Assembly: GCA_009785775.1 (NCBI GenBank) | Contig: WQVR01000001.1 | Span: 1 to 28,000 of the forward strand | From: Candidatus Proendomicrobium guianensium | GTDB taxonomy: Bacteria > Elusimicrobiota > Endomicrobiia > Endomicrobiales > Endomicrobiaceae | DNA length: 28,000 nucleotides | Direction: 5' to 3' | Shown here: one piece after another, positions 17,908 to 27,000 of the stretch | How the letters are laid out: each line of letters opens with the position of its first letter | How positions within the stretch are numbered: the first letter of the stretch is position 1 | Program-made: the position numbers and the translations under genes | Notes under the pieces: model-generated | Seen by the model: the letters and a program-made list of their open reading frames with translations, nothing else | What the model was told of the DNA's origin: nothing | The model's database searches: none

Positions 17908-18483
17908 TTATAAATGTTTTATAACTTTGCAGGGGTTACCCGCGGCTACGGTATTTGAAGGTATGTTTTTTGTTACTACAGAACCCGCGCCTATTACCAC
18001 ATTATCTCCTATGGTAATGCCGGGAAGTATTGTTACGTTACCGCCAATCCAAACATCGTTTCCAATTGTTACAGGGCTTGCTAAATCTACAATTTTGCGT
18101 TCACCGTTTGCATTTGAAATAACGCGCTTTTTACCGTTTAACGGATGGTGTGCCGTGTAAATATGAACATTTGGCGCAAAAAGTACGCGAGAACCTATGG
18201 TAATTTTTGCGCAGTCTAAAAACACGCAGTTGCAGTTTAAGTAAACCATATCTCCGAAGTGTATGTTTTGCCCGTAATCGCAGTAAAAAGGCGGTTCTAT
18301 ATAAGGGCTCTCGCCCGCCGCACCTAAAAATCCTTTTAGCATTTCACAGCGTAACTTTTCATCGTGCGTGGCAGTGGCATTATATTTTGCAATAAATTCT
18401 TTTGCTTTATGAAAAATGTTTCTAAGTTCGGGGCAAGAGGCGTCATAAGGTGCGCCGCTTAACATTTTTTCTTTTTCTGTCAT
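17908..18483 (-). CDS. maa: Sugar O-acetyltransferase, maltose/galactoside (Maa/LacA) family
   Basis: MTEKEKMLSG..Y, IEPPFYCDYG.NI, hexapeptide repeats, VWIGGNVTILPGITIG, GNPCKVIK; SD GAGGT. Substrate is not determined. Confidence 0.85.
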   Translation of the reverse strand: MTEKEKMLSGAPYDASCPELRNIFHKAKEFIAKYNATATHDEKLRCEMLKGFLGAAGESPYIEPPFYCDYGQNIHFGDMVYLNCNCVFLDCAKITIGSRVLFAPNVHIYTAHHPLNGKKRVISNANGERKIVDLASPVTIGNDVWIGGNVTILPGITIGDNVVIGAGSVVTKNIPSNTVAAGNPCKVIKHL

Positions 18484-18502
18484 AATTTATACCTCAACCA
18501 TG

Positions 18503-18578
18503 TTTTAAAGGGGGCGTCTGCGTGCCCCCTTGAACCCCCATGCATTATTTTTTGTGGCGACAAAAAGTAATCCAAAAG
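18503..18578. repeat. Intergenic composite palindrome (REP/MITE-like), copy 3
   Basis: TTTTAAAGGGGGC-N8-GCCCCCTTGAACCCCCATG, then TTTTTGT-GGCG-ACAAAAA and GTAATCCAAAAG. Confidence 0.6.
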
Positions 18579-18694
18579 CGCGGGCGTTTGGCAGAAGTTT
18601 GCAAAACAGCAAGAGGTTGGCAACCTTCTGAACAAACGCAACAGCACAAGCGCGTCTGTTGCCGTAAACGTCAACAATCCGCGAACAGCAAAAT

Positions 18695-18940
18695 TTAAAC
18701 AGTTACCAGTTTTGTTTTTACGCCTTTAATTTTCTTTAAAGCATTTATAAATTTTGTAATTTCGGTTTTTTTGCCGCAAACGTCTAATATTATAATTCCT
18801 TTATCCGTGCAAGCATTCGGGTAGGTTTCGTGTAGCCCTAAACGCATTTTTATTATGCACCCAAAGTTTGTTAAAACTTCCTGTACCGGCACGGATGTTT
18901 CTTTTCTTTTTGCAAGCGTAACAATTAAAATGTTTGTCAT
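18695..18940 (-). CDS. Small ACT/ferredoxin-like fold protein (TM1266/NikR C-terminal-like)
   Basis: 81 aa with a beta-alpha-beta-beta-alpha-beta pattern; VQEVLTNFGCIIKMRLGLHE...C...GIIILD...IKGVKTK; SD AAGGGAG. Confidence 0.65.
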   Translation of the reverse strand: MTNILIVTLAKRKETSVPVQEVLTNFGCIIKMRLGLHETYPNACTDKGIIILDVCGKKTEITKFINALKKIKGVKTKLVTV

Positions 18941-18977
18941 AGGTTTAATTCTCCCTTGTGCCTAAGGCACGTTAAAA

Positions 18978-19661
18978 TTATTCTAAGCCAAGCAGTTCGC
19001 TCAGGGTTACAGGCTCAAGTCCTGCCGCGCGGATATCATCTATAAGTTGCGCTAAAAAGCCGGGCACTCTCGGGTTGCTTGAAAGGTCGTGCATTAAAAA
19101 AATAGCGCCGGGTTTTATGTGGGCTTTATATCTTTGGTGCATTTCTTCTTTGGTAAGGTTTCTGTTCCAGTCTATGCCGAAAGACCAATTTACCATAATA
19201 TAACCATGGCGCGCAGCAACCTGACGGGCTGTAGAGCGGGAGTAGCCGAAAGGGCTGCGAAGCAGGCGGGTTCTTATACCTGTAGCATTAAATATGGCTT
19301 CTTGCCCGTTTAAAAGTTCGGTTTCAAAAGTTTGGTCTTTATCTTCGCCTGTATATGAAGAAAAGTTTATGTGGTTAAAAGTGTGATTTGCTATTTCGTG
19401 GCCGCCGTCGCGGACTCTTCTTGCAAGCGCAGGGCGCGCTTTTGCGTTAGAGCCCGTCATAAAAAACGTTGCCCGCACATTTTTTTCTTCTAAAATATCT
19501 AAAATTATTTGCGTGTTGCGGCCGGGGCCGTCGTCAAAAGTTAAAGCTACTTTTTTTATGTCGGGGCTTCCGTGCGTATAAAAACGGCTAAGTTCAGCAG
19601 CTGACGCTACAGACAGTAAAAATAATGCAAAAAATACTGACAGTATTATTTTTTTTAACAT
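18978..19661 (-). CDS. Secreted polysaccharide deacetylase (NodB homology, CE4)
   Basis: Signal peptide (MLKK + hydrophobic stretch + ASA-A); motifs TFDDGP, HTFNH, RSPFG, WSFGIDW, LMHD. Confidence 0.92.
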   Translation of the reverse strand: MLKKIILSVFFALFLLSVASAAELSRFYTHGSPDIKKVALTFDDGPGRNTQIILDILEEKNVRATFFMTGSNAKARPALARRVRDGGHEIANHTFNHINFSSYTGEDKDQTFETELLNGQEAIFNATGIRTRLLRSPFGYSRSTARQVAARHGYIMVNWSFGIDWNRNLTKEEMHQRYKAHIKPGAIFLMHDLSSNPRVPGFLAQLIDDIRAAGLEPVTLSELLGLE

Positions 19662-19690
19662 TTGCCCTCACGGCGCGTGCGAGTTATCCC

Positions 19691-20272
19691 TTAAATAAAG
19701 CGTCCAAGTAAAGTTAAGGCAAGCGCATTTATAATTTGTAGCCAAAAGTTGTCGTTAAGCGGCCAATGTATGGCTTCCACAATTGTTGCTATTAAGGCGG
19801 CAATAAGCGCAAATTGCCAGTTAAACAAAAGTAGTCCCAAAATAAAACAAACAACAAAACACGCCAAACTTCCTTCAAGAGTTTTTTGCCCGAGAAGTTT
19901 GCGTTTGCCGATACTTCTGCCTACAATGGCGGCGGCTGAATCGCCAAAAGCTAAAAACAAAAAACTTGCAAATACTATATGTCTGTCCGGAAAAAGAAAC
20001 ATTGTTAAAAAGGCGCCGGATAGCGTCCATGTAAGCCCTGAAACTTTGCGTCTTTCTTCATGGCGGTGAAAAGCGCCGAAATATTTTAAAAACCGCGCAT
20101 TAAGTTTTACATTGTTTAGGCGTACACTTTCTTGGATAATTGTGTATAAAACCACTGCCCCTATAATCCACATTGTAAGCGGCGCGGATATAAATTTGTA
20201 GCTTAGCGCATATAAAAGTATAAGCATATGAAATGCTTTGCGCGCTAATTCATCCTTTGGAATGATGCCCAT
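19691..20272 (-). CDS. CTP-dependent polyprenol/diacylglycerol kinase family (SEC59/DGK1/VTE5-like) membrane protein
   Basis: RKAFH, GDSAAAIVGR..G, KTLEGS, NDNF; multiple TM helices. Confidence 0.8.
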   Translation of the reverse strand: MGIIPKDELARKAFHMLILLYALSYKFISAPLTMWIIGAVVLYTIIQESVRLNNVKLNARFLKYFGAFHRHEERRKVSGLTWTLSGAFLTMFLFPDRHIVFASFLFLAFGDSAAAIVGRSIGKRKLLGQKTLEGSLACFVVCFILGLLLFNWQFALIAALIATIVEAIHWPLNDNFWLQIINALALTLLGRFI

Positions 20273-20934
20273 ATAACTTTAACCCCTTCTAAAATATATT
20301 GAAATATTGAAACAGCCCGTAAAAATGTGCCGTAAAAAAGCATTAAAATATTTACAGATCCCGGAAAAATCGCCGCAAGCACAAAAGTTAGCGTTATTGC
20401 ATTAACCAGAACTATTATTAAAAGCGAAAAAAACACGCCGTAAATTTTCAAATCTTTTTGTCCGGCTTTTATGGCGTAATAAGTTAGCGCGAAATGAAAT
20501 GCCGTGGTAATGCCTACAAGAAAAATAAAGTACGGATAAAACGGCGTGAGATTTATAAAAAAACCTAAAAGTAAATAACAGACTATAATTATTATGCTGT
20601 AAAACGGTATAAAATAGGGAGAGAGAGTTATCCAAATATTGTTTCTATCTAAGGTTACGCTACCGCCGTTTTTTGTAACTTTAAATTTTTTAAGCGTTGC
20701 GCCGGAAAGTATGCCGGCTAGCGCGTGGGTAAGCTCATGCCCGAAAACATAAGTGCGCATGGGGCGGGCGAAAAAAATTTGAAATAAAACGTATGTAGCA
20801 ATACCCGCCCAGAAAGGTATTGTGTACATTTTTGTATTTGCGCCAAAAACAAGTACAATTTCAAGGCTGGTATAAACAGCGGCAAGCGCCACGGGTATAA
20901 GCAATAAAAATATTATAAATTTAAAAATTTTCAC
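20245..20934 (-). CDS. M50-like membrane zinc metallopeptidase
   Basis: VFGHELTHA (HExxH) flanked by TM segments; LSPYF; GTG start; 28-nt overlap with the downstream kinase gene. Confidence 0.72.
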   Translation of the reverse strand: MKIFKFIIFLLLIPVALAAVYTSLEIVLVFGANTKMYTIPFWAGIATYVLFQIFFARPMRTYVFGHELTHALAGILSGATLKKFKVTKNGGSVTLDRNNIWITLSPYFIPFYSIIIIVCYLLLGFFINLTPFYPYFIFLVGITTAFHFALTYYAIKAGQKDLKIYGVFFSLLIIVLVNAITLTFVLAAIFPGSVNILMLFYGTFLRAVSIFQYILEGVKVIWASFQRMN

Positions 20935-21022
20935 AAGAGTTATTATATATTATTTTGAGGTGCCCAAGCCACTTCCTTAGCCAGACTGCTTTAAAGCATA
21001 CGAGTGACTTTTTGGGAATAAG

Positions 21023-21041
21023 GCAGCCGCTAGGCGGCTGC
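21023..21041 (-). other. Perfect 8-bp GC hairpin overlapping the giant gene's stop codon
   Basis: Minus strand GCAGCCGC-CTA-GCGGCTGC. There is no U-tract, so it is not called a terminator. Confidence 0.6.
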
Positions 21042-24000
21042 AAGAATTGCGCGGGTTCCGGCAATTTGATGGCTGTGTGCGTTATTTCTTTGCCTGCGCG
21101 ATGTAATATCAAGAACGGGCGCAAGCCTGAAAGAATCGCTAATTACAACCGCTATTGCCTGTTTAATTTGTTCTTGAGTGGCATTGCCTGAAAGCCCTTG
21201 CATTATAAGCTGTCCAAAAGTAAAATCATCATCTGAAGCTACAAAGAAAGATGAAGCATTTTGCAAAAATTCAATGCCGTTAAAAGTTTCATCTTTAACT
21301 ATAAGCGTTGTAAGCGTATTTTTCCGCCCTGTGTCTTGCTCTATTATTAGCCTTTCGCTTTGTATAAGGTTTTGTTCAGCCCTTGTGCGTTCTATCATGT
21401 TTAAAACCAAAATTCTTGCCGTTAAGGTTTCAATGTATGCTTCGTAGGTGTCAGCGTCAAGCTGTGAACGCATTATTTGCGCTTGGTGTAAATTTGCTGC
21501 TATAGGTCGCGCCATATCTTTTGTTAATGCTTCGCCAGTAATACGCACCGCTTCGCTAAATTCCAACTTATGCGCCATATTTGTAGCGTCTTGTTTGGTT
21601 ATTTCGTTTAAGAAGAATGTTTTGCCAAACCAGCCTTGTAGCGCGCTTAAAATATTGTTTCCCGCCAAAATACTACGCATGCTATTTATTTCGTCTTGTA
21701 TGAAATTTATATCTATTATGTTATAACCTTGGAAGTTATCGCTTAGTTTTGCGTCAAAACTCAAACCCCCTAAATCTTCGATTTTGTGAAATGTGCGTGC
21801 CGGTAACGTTATCCCTGTGGACAAGCTTGTTAAAACACCGTTTGAAAAAATCCCGCTAATACCTGTATTAGCATAACTAGCCTTTTGTTCGGTGGCAGTG
21901 TTTTCGTTGCCAAGATTTAAAAATATTTCTACGCCAAATAAACGCAAATTTCTTATATTTGCGCCGTAGTTTTCAAGTTTTTCAAGTTGTTTTTCATTTA
22001 ACATAACTTTCATAGGTTGGAGTGCATTTTGGGTTGCAAGCAGCCTTAAAACTTCACCGGCAGACCTTTGAAAGGATCTAAAGTTAGAAATATCTAAAAT
22101 GTTTTTGTTTGCTTGTGTTTCGCGCCACTCTCTTTGTAAGTTAGAAAGACCGGTTATGTAATCGGCAAGGCTTCCTGTAGTGCGGTGTTGCTCTATTAAC
22201 TCGTGGCCAACTTTTATCATGTCTCCCTCAAAGCTTATTGCGGTTGCGTTTTCGCTATCAATAACTACAAAAGCCGATATATCGCTAAACATTCTGCTGT
22301 TTTGTAAAGTTTGGGCTATTTCGGTGTGAGAAACACCATTTGCCGAAAACACCCGTTTACCGTAACTTATTTCTAGCGGCCACTCTCTTAGTGCCGCACG
22401 GTTAGCGCTTATATTAATGCTGGTAGAGTTTCCCCGTATAACATCGTTAACTATAAAAACAACACCGTCTACCAAGCCGTATTGCTTAATTTTTTCTTGT
22501 AGATTAGCTTCTGTAGCATATACAAAAAACACTGTCTGGGTTGCGTTGCTATTTATATTCCTGCCAAACCCCATTTTGAACTTTATAATCTGCCGGAAAA
22601 TATAGGCTACAATTTTTCTGCTGTTTAGAGTAGATATAAATCCGTCTATAAAATTTGTTTGAACTGCTTCAACTGAATGTTCTTCGCTTGTCATATTCAA
22701 CGGCAAATGAATTTCGCCAAAGTTATTGTTGATGGGGATAATATAAAGCGTTTCAAATTCTCCATATTCAAAAGAAGTAAAATTTACGGCAACATTATTT
22801 AAAATGCCGTTTTCATTGGCTTGGGCTATAATTGCCCGCAGGCGCATAATCTGCTTAGGTGTAAAGTCAGTAGTTTTGAGTCTTGCTATTGTAATATGGA
22901 AAAAATCTAGTTGAGTTTTAAAATCCTCGCTAACTTCTATAAGCGCAAGGCGCGCATTACTTATCCAATCTAATATTTCCGCATTAGAAATTTTGTATAT
23001 TATTACCCCGCTAGGCGTAAAAATAAACTCGCCTGTAAGTTTTACATTGTTAAGTTGCCCTGCCGCTATTGAGGCGGCTTCAGTTGCCTGCCTAAGCAAA
23101 GCAAGATTTTCTGGAGTTATTATATCGTATGGTGAGGTTCCAGGTTTAAAACTTAAGGTAGAGTGAAGAGCATTATTAGTTGAAATGTGTAAAAGCCCTT
23201 CAAGTTCAGGTGCGTTTAACTGCTCGACAAAGGGTGTTATGGCTTCTGTAAATGCGCGGTTGAGTGAATATCTGGTTATTATGGTAGGCGCAGTATAAAG
23301 CGTCGTTCCTTCTTCGGGCATAGATTTTTTTATCTGAGTTCTAACCGCATCGAGATTTAATGTGCGCATTGTTTCTTCATAAATGCGCAACTCTTCAATG
23401 TAGCGTTCGATTATTAGTTTTAAATATTCGGGGATAGTGTTTTTAAAATTTTCATACAGCCTTAAAATATCTGCGTGATTGGTCAAGCGAAACAAATATG
23501 TTTTTATTGCTTGAGGGTTTTGGGAATTTTCAATCAAACCTATAATTACAGGTAAAACATCTGCGGTTACGGGAGAGGGTATTTTCAGGTCAGCGTTATC
23601 TCCCCAGTTGTGTTTGGAATAAATAAGCATTCTTAACAGTTCGCCTGCGATAGATTGTATTTGTTCGTCGGTTTCGCTTAAATTTTCATTTCTTCTTTCG
23701 TGCACATACGGTATGGTTATGCTTATGCCTTCAATTTTGCCTTGCTCCAACTCGGCTGCAAAAGTTTGCATAAAAGTACCGTGTGTGCGTAATTGTTGAA
23801 CAGGTATTTGCATATAGGCAAGCCTTATGGGGCGTGCGGGGCGGGCATTTTCAATAATATACTCAAGTATAATATCTCTGGTTAGGGTAAAATTTTCGCC
23901 CGTGTGGCGCGCTTGTGTTTCCAAAATTAAATCACCTGCAGCTATTTCTATCCCCATATTATACGCATGATGCCTTAAAACTATTTCTATAATTTTTGCT

Positions 24001-27000
24001 TCGCTAAGACCATTTGCACTAAAAAAATCCCTTTGTTGATTTTCTGTAAGGTTGCCTATTTTGTTTTCAAAGTCTGCGATGTTTGAAATTGTTATATTGT
24101 TTGATATTTTTACGGGTATTGCCGCTTTAGCGGTTCTTTCAAGAAGCGACATTGTTCCCCAGCCGAAACCGCCTGAAATGATTATTCTTTTTGTAGCGCC
24201 TTCATTGTATAACTGCAAAGCTTTCTTAAAGATATCCGCATTATCGTGACCGCAAATTAAAAGGAAATCTGCTGGGCTGTCCGTGGTTAACTGTTCAGAG
24301 CGGCTTAAAAGTGCAATAAGCTTGTTTATGTTGGTGGCAATTTGTTGCTCTTTTGTTTTAAAGTTGTCTTTAAAAATTTGGTTTATAAGATTAACTAATT
24401 CTTCTTTACGTATGTTGTCAGTAAAGTTTAACGGGTCGGGCATATGTCTATGTTGCAATTGTGGCAATTCGGGTGAAAGCTCGCTAAACAAAAGCACGTT
24501 AGGGTGTACGCCTAAAGCATTTAAACGCTGTAATAATGTTTGCCGGTGCTCTTCATCGACTGTTATTATAAAGTTAGGAATTGTTGCTATTAAAGTGTCG
24601 CCAAGATATTCAGATTTAAAACGGTTTAATATGTCTATATCAACTTGTCCGCGTAATATATTTTTATATTCAAGAGATAATGAGTTGTTTTGAATACTTG
24701 AATAATAGTCTATGCCAGCTGAAAAAACCTCTATATTCTTTTTGCCGTTGTCGCGCAAAAATTGTCTAAACAAAACGTTTGCCACAGCGCTGCGATTCAT
24801 ATTTTCAGAGCAAACAAAAACAATAGAGGTTTCTCTGTCATTGATTACGGCGGCTCTTAAATTTGCGATGTTTCTTGCTGTAATGGCGTTAATGTTTTGC
24901 GTTAAACGCGCTTCGGATGAGCCGAAAGCGTTCCAAATAAAATGGCTCCATATCAGGGCAATATTTAGCGCGATGTTTTGTAAAATTTTAAACCTGCTAA
25001 ACCTTTCATATGTTCTTTTGGCAGAACTTAAAATTTGGTTAAGGCCTTTTTCGTATTGTTTTCTGGTGGTTTCGTTATAGCCTGAATGGTTTTCAAGAAA
25101 TTCCTGCTCTTGGCTGGTTTTTCCCTGCAAACCCGCAAGAAAAACATTTTTAAGTTCGCGCCTTTCAGCGAAAGGCGCTATGGCAACCTGAATTATCCTT
25201 AAACCGTTTTCACCAAGAAACCTAAGTATAAGCTTGCTGTACCATTTGTCTAGGGTTGTTTCTGTTGTTAAATGCTGTCCTATTGACCGAAAATCACCTG
25301 TTATGCCAGCGGCTTGCCATGGGGCTTCCTGCGGCACTGCTATTGCCTCAATCTGTTGTAGTTGGGTAAGTTTTTTTGGAAGAATTGTAGAGGTTGCTCT
25401 AAATACTTCGTTGGAGTAAAAGTTTTGTATTTCTTCTGTCTTAACGAACCAAAATGATGTATAAGTATTTCTAAAACCGTCATTGCCTGTAGCAATACCT
25501 ATTAGAGGATACCATACACCCGCCTGTTTGCCGTATGTACCTTGTGACGATTTGTAAAACAAATGTCTCTGCCCATTAGGGTATGCGACTTCTACTATGT
25601 TTCTTCCGGAAAAGAAAAATCTATTTACAATTTTAAATTCTGTAACTCCGTTTAAGTTAAGGTTTAATATGTTGTCAAAAAATGCATAGAAGCGCGCAAT
25701 GCTTTCCTCACTTCTTAAAAACGCGTATGCTTGTCCTTCTGCGCTAGTTAAAAACTCTAAAAACCTTTCCTGTTCAGACTCAGGGTTGTTTTCCATTTCA
25801 ACGCGCTCAAATACATATTCGCCTGTTTGTAAATTAATAAAAGTTTTTCTGCTTACAATTTTATTATGTTCGGACAAATTTATTGAATATTTAGAATGAA
25901 GATGGCTGTTGGTAATTAAGTAATAAATCCCGTTTTCTTCCTTTATTTCAAATGTGTCTGTTGCAAGATTTACAAACCCGTTTGAAATGTTTGCTATTTG
26001 AAAATTTCCGTTTTGTTTAGAAATAGCGATAAGAGGAAAATATCGGTCGCCATGTCCATGATAAAAAATAGTATCTCCATTGCTTAAATCTGGCAGAGCA
26101 AAAACCAAGTTTGTTCTTTGGGTTCCGTCAAATTCTTGCCAGTGTATACTTTCGTTAAGTCCTTCAAGCGCTTGGTGGAAAGTAGGGTTTTCATTTAATT
26201 TTATAGTTTTCCCAACAACAAACATGTTTTTGCCGTCTGCATGTATTCTCGCAAATTGCGAGCCATAAGCATTTCTTGCTTGTAAATTGCCCACTCCGGC
26301 GCCATATAGTCTTGCTGCTGTAATTTGTGACAGCATGTTAAGGCTTGCTTGCCTGCCGATATCTTCATTTATTACCGAAATGCTGTTTGCGCCGTCGTAA
26401 AATATCCATATTTTTTTGGACGGATCTGCATTATTGCCGTGAATATAAGCGTTTTTTATAGTTTCTTTTAAAGCCTCCTGCTTCCATTGGAGATCATATT
26501 CACTAATATGCAATTTTTCTACAAGTACGCCAGCTAATGTATAAATTATACCTGCCACGTCTTGGCGGAATATTTCAGGAAGGATGGGGGCGTCTGTTTC
26601 AAAACTGTCAAATATTATAGATATTAATGCAGATTGCCCTCTTTGCATTTTTTCAGTTATAGTTTGTCTGACATGTTCGTCTCCCGGTGTTATCTGATCA
26701 TGAAAGGCTTTTTGCATGAGTAAGTCAGTAAAGTTAAAATCAATAATTTGTTGCGGATTAAGTTTTTGGGTTAAAATGTATTGTGCGGTTGCTACGTCAG
26801 TTGTAAGTGCAATGCCTTTTCTGTTTACCAATGAGTGGGTAAACATCATAGCGACATTTGCAAAAGCAGAGGCAAAAGTGTTGGTTGTAAATCTACTATC
26901 ATAACTGTATAATATTCTATCTAGCTTGGCATTAAATTCTGCTATTGTCTCAGTATTTCCTACTGCAACCGCGGTTCTATAACGCAAGTGCCTCATTAAA

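Noticed and set aside
20245-21030. M50-like peptidase as the dedicated processing protease or immunity factor of the giant protein
   Set aside because: Only adjacency supports this; it appears to have its own promoter and is coupled to the downstream kinase gene.
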